Source of the DNA: Antechinus flavipes
Lineage: Eukaryota
Direction of reading: 5' to 3'
DNA length: 64,000 nt
Assembly: GCF_016432865.1 (NCBI RefSeq)
Contig: NC_067398.1
Span: 726,206,001 to 726,270,000 of the forward strand
This document shows, piece by piece, positions 14,801 to 25,345 of this stretch. Both the position numbers and the translations under genes were made by a program. Numbering within the stretch: position 1 is the stretch's first letter; the number at the start of each line of letters is the position of its first letter. Under the pieces are notes generated by a model. It saw only the letters and a list, made by a program, of their open reading frames with translations. It had not been told where the DNA came from and did not search any database.

Positions 14801-17532
14801 TCTGGTCACAGTTAGCCTGGCACAGAGTAGGCACTTAATATTTGGGGCGCTAGGTCGTGCAGTAGAGCACTGAGCTTGGAATCAGTAGCCCTGGCCAAGT
14901 CGCTTCACCCTGTTTGCCTCAGTTTCCTTATCTGTAAATGAATAGGAGATGGAAAGGGCAAACCACTCTATCCCACCTGAAGGAGTTAAACAAGGACAAA
15001 CAATACACCTGCTTCATGACTGCTGGACCCTTCACCTGGCGGAGACTGGACTCTTCCCATCCCAGGAGGGGGGAAGCGTCCCTGGGGTGGGGGACGGAGG
15101 AGAGCATCAAAGCCTGGATTCGAGCCTGCTTCTAGCTCAGTGAGCCTCGTGGCCCAGCAGGCAGGCCCCGCCCGGGGGAAGAGCAGCGTAGAGCAGGCAG
15201 CTATGGCCCCAAGCTCTCCTACTTTTCAGTGATCATCTTACTGGGGCCTCACGGCAAGCCAGGACAGAGACTTTTATGGACGCCTCTATTTAATCTATAT
15301 GTGGGATCCTCGGTCTACCCAGGTCGACAGAAGTCACGTGGCTTGCCAAGGTGGTGCAACTAGGAATTATGGGAGGCGAAATCTGACAGAGTGCCCCTGC
15401 CCCCGAGGTGCCAGGCCACGGGCCCGTGGCGCCCTCTGCTCCGGCGGCCTCCTCCCTGCTCTCTGCCCTCGCCTTCACCTCCTCAGCACTTGGCACCGGG
15501 CCTGGCACACGGTTGGCACTGAATAACCGACCACCCCCTGGCTGGTGGCTCCTCTGGAACACTGGGAAGATCTTCCTAACTCCCTCCGGCTTTGGCCCCG
15601 AGCCCCCAGTCAGACAGTGCTGGGGCACAACCTACAAGGCTTCTCCTCAGGCCCAGAGGGCACCCGCCGAGGTGAAAGCCATGGAAAATTGCTGCCTTGG
15701 GGCCCCCAGGCTCAGGGCGGGAAGGCCTGGCCAGGAGCCTCCATCCTGGCTCCTTGGGCCCACCAGCAGGCCCCTTCCCCCCCAGGCCCCGAGCCCCTTC
15801 CTCCCTGAGCCCCTTCCCACCCACCCCCAGCCCCTTCTTCCCCGGCCCCGAGCCCTTTCCGGGCAGCCGCGCTCTCCCAGCTCCCCTTGGCTTTCTTGCG
15901 GTCCCTCTTCCCCCAGTGCTACATCCAGCACTGGGCCCCTCCCCGCTTACTGCGGCCTGAGACTATCCCAGTGGCTCTGAAGGACCCCAAGGCCAATGGG
16001 GGAATCGGTTGTTTTTCCGTTGTTGGCCCTGGGGCCCCTCCAACTCAGGCAGGAAGGGGGGAAACAGCAAATCCCGGCTCCCTCCCGCAAAGGCGGCTGC
16101 CTCTGCCCCCTCCCCGGACTGTGGCTCTGCTTTGGCCTCGGGTCCTGGCTCCGGGCTCTCAGAGGGGGCGGGGCAGGCGGGCTCAGGGCTCCTGGCTCTC
16201 AGCACCCTGCCTGCCCCACAGGGAAAGGCAGGCCCCGGGAGAGCCACGAGGTTCGGGGGTAGGCCTTGCGCTGGGCCCCAGGGGAGCCGGGGACGGGCCC
16301 AGTGAGGCAGGGGCCCCTCCCCCAGCACTTGTAAAGAAACAGGAATTCACCGGGTGCCACAAGAAACAAATCAAGAAAAAGAAAGGAGAGGGCGGGGCTG
16401 GGGGGGAGGGGCAAGGGCCGGGCTCGGGGAGGGGACGAGGGGCTGGGGGGGGGGAGGGGGCGAGGGCCGGGCTCGGGGAGGGGACGAAGGGGGGAGGGGG
16501 CGAGGGGCCGAGGGCCGGGCTCCATGAAGGGGCCACGTGCAGCAGCTGGCAAGTCTGGGGCAATATTGGAACTTGGCTCTCCCGCCTCCCGGCCCGGCTA
16601 GGGACGCCCCCTAGCGGCACGAAAGGGGCGCAGCATCCTCACTGTTCCGGACCAGCCTTCCGGGCCCGTCCCCAGCGCCGCCCTCCCACTTAGGCTCCGT
16701 ACACAGCAGGTGCAGAATAAATGCTTGCCTTTTGGAAGTGGTGCCTCCCATGGCGCTCCCTTCCCCCTGGCCTCCAATGGGCGGCAGCTGCAGAAGGGAA
16801 GGGGCTCCTCCCGGACCCGAGGAGACCTCTGGCTCCGCCCGTCCCGGAGGCGCAAGCTCAGCCTCCGACGGGGAGGGGCTGCAGAGGCTCGGCCACCCCC
16901 ACGCACGTGGCAGCCCCCGTCCTCCCGCTGAGCATCCTTCCTTCCTCGGGAGCCGTGACTCAGCCGCCTTCTCAGCCCGGGCCAAGCCCTCCCCCCTCCC
17001 CGGGAGACCGCGAGCCCGAGCGCGGCGGCGGCTGTGCTGGAGGCAGCCCTCGGACCCGAGGCGCGCGCGTCGCCTGCGGCCCAAGGGCCCGGTGCAAGCC
17101 CTCCCGCGGCCAGGAACCCTTGGCAAATGGACCCCCTCAGCAGCCGGCATCCCCAGCTTTCGGGGCGCTAAGGGGAAAGCCGGGGGGCCGGGGCGGTGGC
17201 CCAGGTTTGGAAGCCCCTCCCCTAGACTTGCAAATAACTAGTCAGAAGATGGGGAGGAGGGTGGTCGGTCCCCTCTCCCGCCCAAGGGCTTTTGGGCTCT
17301 GGACACCCCGCTTTTTGGAGGGGGTCACGTGAAGGAAAGGGCTGCTCAAGGGTGCCAAAACTAACCCGCACCCCAATTCTTTAGGAAGGTCAGTGGGGCC
17401 CGATTTGGGGCCAGGCTTGCCAGGGGGGCGGCCAGACCCCCTCCAGCTCCCTCCCTCTCCCCCCCGGACTCAGCGGGGCCCCGGCGCTCGAGGGTGGGCA
17501 GGGAGGCCGCTCACAGAGGACACTGAATGATC

Positions 17533-17538
17533 TTTATT
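17533..17538 (-). terminator. MIF: MIF polyadenylation signal AATAAA
   Basis: tttatt at 17533-17538, about 77 nt past the stop codon. Confidence 0.85.
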
Positions 17539-17614
17539 CTTTGTCAGCAGTAACACCAGTTAGAGGGGCACGGGGGCGGCCAGGGGGCACATGCTCGGAC
17601 TGGGGAGCGGGGGC

Positions 17615-18422
17615 TCAGGCAAAGGTGGAGCCGTTCCAGCCCACATTGGCTGCGTTCATGTCGTAGTAATTGATATAGATCCTGGGGGGAAGAAAAGGGA
17701 GGTCAGGCCGGCTGCGGGGCTCCTAGTGTCCCACGCCCTTCCCCCCGCACCGTGGGTCTCCTACCTCGAGGTCCCAAGGCCCTGGGTCCTCCCCGCCCCC
17801 ACCCACACAGCGCTCCCGGCTCGGGCCCCAGCCTTTCCCACCCCCGGGGCCCGGGGCCGGCTTAAAGTTTAAGCAGGAGAGCGCCCGGAGCGTCAGGGGT
17901 CAGCAAGCCCGGCGGCGCGTGCGCAGGGGGCGGGGCCCTCGGCTCGCACCCCAAGCCCAGCGGCGCCCCCCCTCACCTGTCCCCGGGGATTTTGAGGTGC
18001 TTGGTGAGCAGCTCGCAGAGCTGCTTGCTGTACGCCTTGTTCTGGGGCCCGCCGATCTTGCCGATGCTGTGCAGGCTGCAGAGGGCGCACGGGTCCGAGG
18101 AGCCCCCGAAGGCCATCAGCTGATCCGCCGAGATGTGCACAGCGATGTACTGGGGGGAGGGAGGACCGCGCTGGGGGTCTGGGGCCCGCCGCCGCCATCT
18201 TCCGCGCGGGGCCCCGGCCCCCCACCCTCCCGAGCCCCCCCATCCCCGCCCCGGACTTCGCTCCTGGCCCGCGCCAGCGGCCCTGCCCCCCCCTTCCCCC
18301 CGGACCCCCATTACCTGGGCGGGCTTGCCCGTGGCCTTGGCCAGCTGCGCCGTGAGCTCGCCCAGCAGGGAGTCGGGCACCGCGGAGCGGGGCACGTTGG
18401 TCTGCACCACGAACATGGGCAT
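17615..18422 (-). CDS. MIF: Macrophage migration inhibitory factor, 115 aa. Exons 18422-18315, 18149-17977 and 17681-17615
   Basis: [36 protein letters not shown] / [58 protein letters not shown] / [21 protein letters not shown]. Exons 108/173/67 nt, GT-AG. Pro2, CALC and the VGWNGSTFA end are intact. Confidence 0.98.
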
Positions 18423-18948
18423 CTCGGCGGCGGGACGGGGGCTGGGCCGGACCGGGAAAAGTCTGCACGTCCTCACACGCCGAGCACCGCGATGGACAGC
18501 GCACGGAGGGGGAGGGGCGCGGGGACCATGTGACTGTCAGGGGCGGGCCGGAGGCGGGGCCTCGCCCGGACTCCGGAACTGGCCGCCCTCCCAGCTCCCC
18601 GTGTGCGTGCAGGTCCGCTCGCAGTCCGCCGCCCGGGAAGCCCCGCCTCCGCTGCAAAGCCCCGCCCCGGAGGCGGAGCCGGACGGGCTGGCGGCTGTTG
18701 GTGGAGGTGGAGGCTGCTGAAATGGCCTGGGGGGTCAAAGAGTCAGCCCTCGAGACTACGTTGCCAGAGCTTGGGGAAGAGCTCCGGCTCCATTTTGCCT
18801 GAGCCTGCGTGATTCACAGGAGATTGGCCCTTAGGGGCGGCTCTTCCGGGGGGGGGGGGGAGGGAGGGGGGAGGTGCCCCCCTCAGAAGTCCTGCTCCCC
18901 AGAGCTCTGCCCGAGCTCTCCACATTCTGGGTCACCCCTTGGGGGCTA

Positions 18949-19125
18949 CTGCTAGGAGTTAGAGGAGGGGGCCCCGGAGAAGCTGGGGGCCCTGCTAGGG
19001 GTCGGGAAGGGCGCCCCCCTCAGGAGAAGCTGGGGGCCCTGCTAGGGGTCGGGAAGGGCGCCCCCCTCGGGAGAAGCTGGGGGCCCTGCTAGGGGTCGGG
19101 AAGGGCGCCCCCCTCCGGAGAAGCT
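18949..19125. repeat. About 47-bp tandem repeat x4 upstream of MIF
   Basis: ctgctaggggtcgggaagggcgcccccctc.ggagaagctgggggcc at about 18949 (degenerate), 18992, 19039 and 19086. Confidence 0.9.
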
Positions 19126-21858
19126 GTCTCCTTCCCCTGCCACAGTTCTCCATCTGCCGGAGCCTCCAGGGGCTGGACAGAAAGCGGTCTCACTGGTGTA
19201 ACAACCTACTGCGATCCTGCTGATGGCGATAATTGGGTGCACGGGCCCTCCGCCCTCAAAGGCCAAGTTCACAAAAGGCTGGTTCACCCCTGGCTTGGCA
19301 GGCCCGAGTGACCGCTCGGCCCACCCAGACAAACGGCTGCCGTTGTCCCGCGATGGTTCCCAGCCGGACCCAAAGGCAGCCGTTCGGGCCGTGGGGCTGA
19401 GGAGCCAGTGGCTCCCTGGGGCTCCCGCGCTTGCCCCAATCTCTGACCCTCCTGGAGGAAGGGTCCCTGGAGATTAGCGGGGCGCCGCCAGAGGCCAGCA
19501 GGGGGCGGGGCCACGGGTCGGGTCCCACTCATGGGGCCGCTGAACGTGATGCGGTCTGTGTCCCCCCGGCGCCGGTGGCGATGGGAGGGCGGTTAATGTC
19601 CCCTTCATCGGCCGCAGGCTGAGAGTGAAAGAAGTCCCTCATTCCCGAATTCATTGCAAAAAGAGTTTGGGGTTGGACAGAAAGTCTGCTAAAGGGCCGC
19701 CTTCTAGAGCAGGGCCGCCTTCTAGAGCGGCAAAGATCTATGGGAAATGGAACCTGACGCTGAGAATGGGCGGGCAGGGTCCTAGCAAAGCGCTTGGGCC
19801 TTCTGCCAGGAGCCGGGCCGCAGGAAGCCATCATAGGGGCATCCTGGCCGGGCCGGGGTGTCTGGGCCCGGATTCCTAGTGGGGGGGGCTGGTCGGGGCC
19901 GGGGTGTCTGGGCCGGGATTCCTGGTGGGGGGGGGGCCTGGGTGGGGCCGGGATTTCTGGTGGGGGCCGGGATTCCTGGCGGGGGGGGGGGGGGGGGGCC
20001 TGGGCGGGGCCGGGATTCCTGGTGGGGGCCGGGGCGGGGCCAGGGCGTCAGGGCCGATGGGGCCAGGACTCCCCAGGTGAATGAGAATGAATTTCTGTGG
20101 GAGCCGATTTGCCCGGACCAGCGCGGCTTCTCCCGGCCTGGGAGGGTGGGCTCTGTCTGGCCTCCTTGGAGCCTGGGAGATGCTGATGTCTGAGGTCAGA
20201 AAAGGGCCCCAGTCTCCCAGTCTCACCTTAAAGGGAGCAGCTTCAGGACACGTTTCCCTCCGGCTTCAAAAGGGCCAGGTTTGTGAGGCCCAGCGGGGTT
20301 GGGCTTCGGGGTCAGACGGCCCGGGCCTCCAGGCCCAGCCTAAAGGGGGGAGCCGGGCCGGGGGTGTCCGAGGGCCCCCTGGGAGTGGGAGGAGGCCCGG
20401 CACTCGCACAGGCCCCGCTGACCCTCAGGCTCCATGGAGGGGCCTTGGCTGGGAGGGAGACTACAGAAGCCGGAAGAGCTCCCCAGGGGGAAAGGGGCGC
20501 CCGAAGCTCCCACCCCCAGGAGCCCCCTGCCTGGGGGGGCTGGCACTGCTCGGGGGCGGGGCTGCTGGCCCCAGCCCCCACTCTCCCCCGGCTCCGCCCT
20601 CAGATGCGCCCTCTGCCCATTTCCTCCCTGTTTCCGGTCCTCCTTGCCCCTGCCCAGAACAGGCTGGACGTCCTGAACGTCCTCACCCGGCCGCGCGGAC
20701 ACGGGCCCTGGTTTCCATTCCCCTCAGCCATCTCGGGGCGCCTTCCCCCGCTGCCCAGGGAGCTAGGTGAGGACCTCGGCGTGGGCCCCGCAGTGGGTCC
20801 CGGCAGTGACCGCCAGCGCCCGGCCGGTGGGGACGCGAGGGGAGCGGCTTCCCGGGAGCCGCCTCGTCCGTGGGCCGGCTGGGCCTGGGCATCTGCAGCT
20901 TCTCCATCCTGGGAGACGAGGGGATAACAGGAAGGGGCGCCGAGCCCAGCTCCCACTCCCTCCAACGCGGCACGGCTGGCTCCAGGAAAGGGCCCGGCTC
21001 CCCCTCTCTTCCTCCCCCTCTGAGCTCCTTCCCAAGCTCACCCCGGGCTGCTGGGTCTCCCGAGGCACAGCCCCTCCCCCTCAGAAACTGGCCCACAGTG
21101 ACCCCAGAGGGCGTGGTTAGGGTTAGAGTCGGGAGACCCTAAGCAAGTCACCTCATGCTGCCTGCCTCGGTCTCCGCTCCCAGAAAATGGGATGATGATG
21201 CCGCCTCCCTCAAAATATGAGTCTCACCACTGTCAAGTGCCTGGCATGCAGCAGGTGCTTAATAAATGCCCGTCTCACAAAACAGCCACGTGGGTGACGC
21301 TCTCGGGAGACAGCAGCCATCCCACCCCACCAGGCTCTGACCAGTCAGCTTCCCTTCCACATCCCAAAAGCCGAGTCTGCCTGCGAGCTGAGGGCGCTCT
21401 CCAGGTGGAGGGAAGGCAGCCCGGCTGTGAAAGGTGCCCGGGGCTGGAGCCTGGTCCTTGTTCCTAAGGGGAAGAATTGCGGCCTGAAGCAGAGGCCGGC
21501 CCAGGCAGCGGGCACGGGGGGGGGGGTAACGGCCGCCCAGGCAGGCAGCGGGGAGCATGGGGGGAGGGGGGAGCGGCCGAGGCTGCGAGCACTGGGGAAC
21601 ACTGCAGCCCTGCAGCCTCTTGAGCCCCTCCCCAGTGTGGGCCTTCCCCAGGCTGTCCTCCGTGTCCATCCCTGGTGGGCGGCTCTGACAGCACCTCCGC
21701 ACTGATCGCCCCCTCGGCTCCGGCACACTTGGGGGGGGGGGCTGTCCCCATGGCTGTGACGGCAGCGGGAGGGGCCTCAGGAAGCCCCCCCTAGCTTGGG
21801 GAGGCCCGGGTCCCCTGGGGCTCCGCTTCGGCCCAGCCCGGCCCCGCCCCCCCGCCTC

Positions 21859-21866
21859 ATTTGCAT
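21859..21866 (+). promoter_or_regulatory. VPREB3: Immunoglobulin-type octamer ATTTGCAT in the VPREB3 promoter
   Basis: Exact octamer in light-chain orientation, 87 nt before the ATG. Confidence 0.8.
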
Positions 21867-21952
21867 GCACTGTCGGGGCTGGGTGGGAGGGGCCCAGCTG
21901 GGTGCCCAGCTGCCCCCGAGCCCGCACAGCCCGCTCTGCCTCCCTGACGGCC

Positions 21953-23099
21953 ATGGCCCTCCCACTGCTGGCCCTGCTCCTGGCCAACGTGGCCGCGCTC
22001 CTCCTGGCAGGTGAGTGACCCCTTGGGGGAGGGGGTGCCCCAGAGGCTCCTGGGTTGGGGTTCTGGGCTCATTTTGGGGAGAAGGCAGGAGGGGCAGGAT
22101 CTCTTTGAACTCTGGGCCAGTTGGGCACCTTTGGGAGGGCCATGGGAGTCTGGGCCCAGGAGGGGGCTGTGCCCGAGGGCTGGTGAAGGGTCTGGACTGG
22201 GAGGCCAGGGGGAAGGAAGCGGGATGCTGGGCTCGGAGAAGAAAATCTCACAGGACAGCGGGAGGGGGGCCCAGGAGGAAGGAGGCTGGGGGGCCAGTGG
22301 GAAGGGGTCCAGGGGGAGGGGGGGCTGGGAGATGTGAAGTGCCCATCGGGGCCGGACCACGGGCCCAAAGAGGGAGAGCATCGCATTGGCTCGGGAAGGC
22401 AGTGAGCTCCCCATCACTAGCAGTATCCAAGCCGCGCAGCGCACGGAGACCCGTGACGTGTGTGGTCGTGGTCTGGTTGGACTTGGTGACCGCCAGACCC
22501 CCGGCCGAGGTGGGGGGGCACACGTTCCCTTGAGACGGAATGGAGATGGGGAGTCTGGCGGGGCGGGAGTCGTGGTGGGAACCTGGGAGAACGGCCACTG
22601 GGCGGGCTCAAGCTTCCCCACATCTGTGAGCCTCTAGGGGCCCGGGGGGCTGGCCCCACAACCCCCTGGGGCTCATGGTCAGGAGGCAGGAAGGCAAAGA
22701 GTCCTGGGGGGAGGGGGGGCCGGCCCTGTCGGCTGTTTGTGGGGGGGAGGGGGGAGGGGGGCCCGGCCCTGAGCGCCCATGTCCCCCCCAGCGCCCCACT
22801 CGGGGCCCACCCAGCCCGATGCCCTCCTGGTGTTCCCGGGGCAGACCGCCACGCTGCTGTGCGCCCTGAAGCCGGACTTTGCCATCGGCAAGCAGGGCAT
22901 CTCGTGGTTCCAGCAGCACCCGGGCAGCGCCCCGCGCTTCCTGCTCTACTATTACTCGGAGGAGGACCAGGACCGCAAGCCCGGGCTGCCCCGGCGCTTC
23001 TCGGCCTCCAAGGACCCGGCCCAGAACGCCTGCGTCCTGACCATCTCCCCCGTGCAGCCCGAGGACGACGCCGACTATTACTGCTCCGTGGGTTATTGA
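21953..23099 (+). CDS. VPREB3: Pre-B lymphocyte protein 3 (VpreB3), 121 aa. Exons 21953-22010 (leader) and 22792-23099 (Ig V domain)
   Basis: MALPLLALLLANVAALLLA|APHSGPTQPDALLVFPGQTATLLC...WFQQHPGSAPRFLLYYYSEED...NACVLTISPVQPEDDADYYCSVGY*. The DALLVFPGQ, NACVL and EDDADYYCSVGY motifs are VPREB3-specific. Phase-1 leader intron; the ORF ends in a stop with no RSS heptamer. Confidence 0.95.
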
Positions 23100-23380
23100 G
23101 GCCATCTCCCGGGCCCGCCCCGGCCCCCACTCCCTCCTCCAAGGGCCCCTGATGGAGGAGACCCCCCCTGCTCTGTTCCTTGGACCCCTGAGAGTAGAAG
23201 CTGCCCAGACATCCCGGCCCCAGAGCCACCACTGGGCACCAAATGCTGGAAAAGCCGGCCGGCCGATACCCCTGTGCCAACATGCTGCTGCCCTGTGTGC
23301 CAACCTGCCGGTGCCCCTGTGCCAACCTGCTTATGCCCCTTGTGCCGCTGACCCCGGGGTCTGGCAGGCAGTAGCCCCTG

Positions 23381-23386
23381 AATAAA
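23381..23386 (+). terminator. VPREB3: VPREB3 polyadenylation signal AATAAA
   Basis: aataaa about 280 nt after the stop codon. Confidence 0.8.
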
Positions 23387-23899
23387 AGTCCCCTCGCCGG
23401 GATCTCAGCATGCCCTTGCTATTGAGGGGGCCTGGGACTTTGGGGAGTCCCGGCCAGCGCCAGTCTCCTCAGCGGGGATGAGCCCCTCCCCTCCCCCTCC
23501 CTCAGCCGGGCCTCCACTCCAGCACACACCAGAGACTGCACGGCCCAGGGGGCTGGAAAGGAGAAACGGACGCGGGCACCTGTTTCCGCCCTGGCCCGGC
23601 ACGCCTGGGTCCCTTTCCTGGCTGGTTGCCTGCCCGGCCAGGCGCATCTGGCCCAGAGAGCAGGAATGGGGGGCTGGGGGGAGGGGCCAAAGCACAGAAC
23701 TGGGGGACTGAGGGGGAGGAGCCAGAGAGCACAAGGGGGAGGGGCCAATAGGCAAGGGAGGGGCCAGGAGAGGAGGTTCGGTGCCTGCGAGGGGAGGGGC
23801 TTATGAGGGAGGGAGGGGCCTGGGGGGCCTGGGAGGAGTCTGGGTGCCTGGGGAAGGTCCGAGGAGCATAAATGTTGGTCTCATTCCGTGGCCTCAAAG

Positions 23900-24490
23900 A
23901 GTTTCAAGGTTCGCGGGTTACGTGACTGGCGCATGCGCAGTGCTCCGCCCCTCCATCGCACGCACTGCACGCCCCCTCAGTTATACGCATCAGGCCCGCC
24001 CCTTCCCTTCCGTCCCAAGTGCGCACGCGTGCTCTCCTCGCCCCTTCCCCTTTTCCGGATTCGCCTACGCGCAGGCTCGGCTCATCCCTACGAAGGCACG
24101 CACTGCGCGTGCCCTCCAGTTGCCATGGTGACGCGGAGCGTCCCTGGGGCGGCGCGCGGAGAGCTGGAGCTGGGCAGCCTCGGTGAGTGGACTCTCTCCA
24201 CCCTTGTCCGCTGGACCGGGGTCCGAGGGCGGCAGGGCCCGCGGAGCCGGGAGAGGACAGGCGGCTCCGGGCTAGGGAAGCTGGGAAAGAGGAGAGAGGG
24301 GAATGGAGGCGGGAGCTTCCGCTACCCAGATTGCCCTTCAATTCTCCAGACTCCTCCCTGCGGTGTCTGCCAGCCGGGGCCAGCCTCTCCTGTGGGTCAC
24401 GCCAAGTGGGGAAACTGAGGCGGGGGGGCGAGTGCCACTCAGGAGGAAGGAAAGAGGGATTTGTTGACTGCCCACTGTTGCCGGGCAACC
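23900..24490 (+). promoter_or_regulatory. RAB36: RAB36 CpG-island promoter with two RFX X-boxes and NRF1-like sites; non-coding exon 1 ends at 24182
   Basis: GTTGCCATGGTGAC at 24119-24132, GTTGCCGGGCAAC at 24477-24489, gcgcatgcgc at about 23929, donor CG|GTGAGT at 24183. Confidence 0.8.
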
Positions 24491-25127
24491 ACCCTGTGAT
24501 TTAGGGAAACTGAGGCAGGCAGAAGCGTGACTTGTCTAGGGTCACATGGCTAGGAAGAGGGCCACCTGGCCCAGGAAAGACCAGTGGCACGTGGGGCTGC
24601 AGAGCTCCAGGGGAGGCCGGCCCAGAGAGAGGGAAATTCTGCAGCCCCGAGAGGTCGCTCCGTGGGGGAAAACGAGATTTTTCTGCAGAGATAGATGTGG
24701 CTTCATAGTGCGCTCTCCATCCAGATGTGGCCACACCCACCTGGGGGTGGGGCCTTGGCCGGAGAGGGAGGCGGGGGCGGGGCCTGGGCTCCCAAGAGTG
24801 ACTCTCACCCATAGGGGGCCAAGGAAGTCTGCTAAGTGCTTGGCAATCAGCATCTTGCTTTTCCCCCATTGCGTCTCTGGGAGGTCTCTGGGTGCGCTAT
24901 TGGTCCCAGCTTGCAGGGGAGGACAGGTTACGTGAGCCGCCTAGGGTCCCGCAGCTAGGACGCCCTGGAGGCCGAGTCCCGAGCTCGAACCCTATCCGAG
25001 TGCCGCCCCGAGGGGCTGCGAGTGCAGAGCAGCGGAGCGGGCGGGGCCCTTGCAGGACACAAAACGTCTGGTTCTGAAGCAGCTCTCTCGGCTGACGAGG
25101 GAACTTCAGAGGACTGGGAAGGTGGCG

Positions 25128-25345
25128 GCCGGCCGGCGGCGGGACGAGCGCGGGGCTGTCCGTCACCATCCCGTCACCAGTGTGGTCAGCCGGCCGGCAG
25201 TGGGACGAGCGCGGGGCTGTCCGTCACCATCCCATCACCAGTATGGACGGCCGGCCGGCAGTGGGACGAGCGCGGGGCTGTCCGTCACCATCCCGTCACC
25301 AGTGTGGACAGCCGGCCGGTGGCGGGACGAGCACAGAGCTGTCCA
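25128..25345. repeat. 61-bp CpG-rich tandem repeat x3.5 (RAB36 intron 1)
   Basis: gccggccggc.g.gggacgagcgcggggctgtccgtcaccatcccgtcaccagt at 25128, 25189, 25250 and 25311. Confidence 0.95.

Noticed and set aside
15540-15700. WWLLWNTGKIFLTPSGFGPEP as a GSTT exon remnant
   Set aside because: Similarity to GSTT LWHKVMFPVFLGEP is too weak and no other GSTT exons or splice sites line up.
20770-20815. GVGPAVG as a CHCHD10 remnant (GVAVGSAVG)
   Set aside because: Short Gly/Val/Ala match expected by chance in GC-rich DNA; no CX9C exon nearby.
22779-23099. Rearranging Ig lambda V segment
   Set aside because: It ends in a stop codon with its own AATAAA, has no CACAGTG heptamer or nonamer, and carries VPREB3-specific residues.
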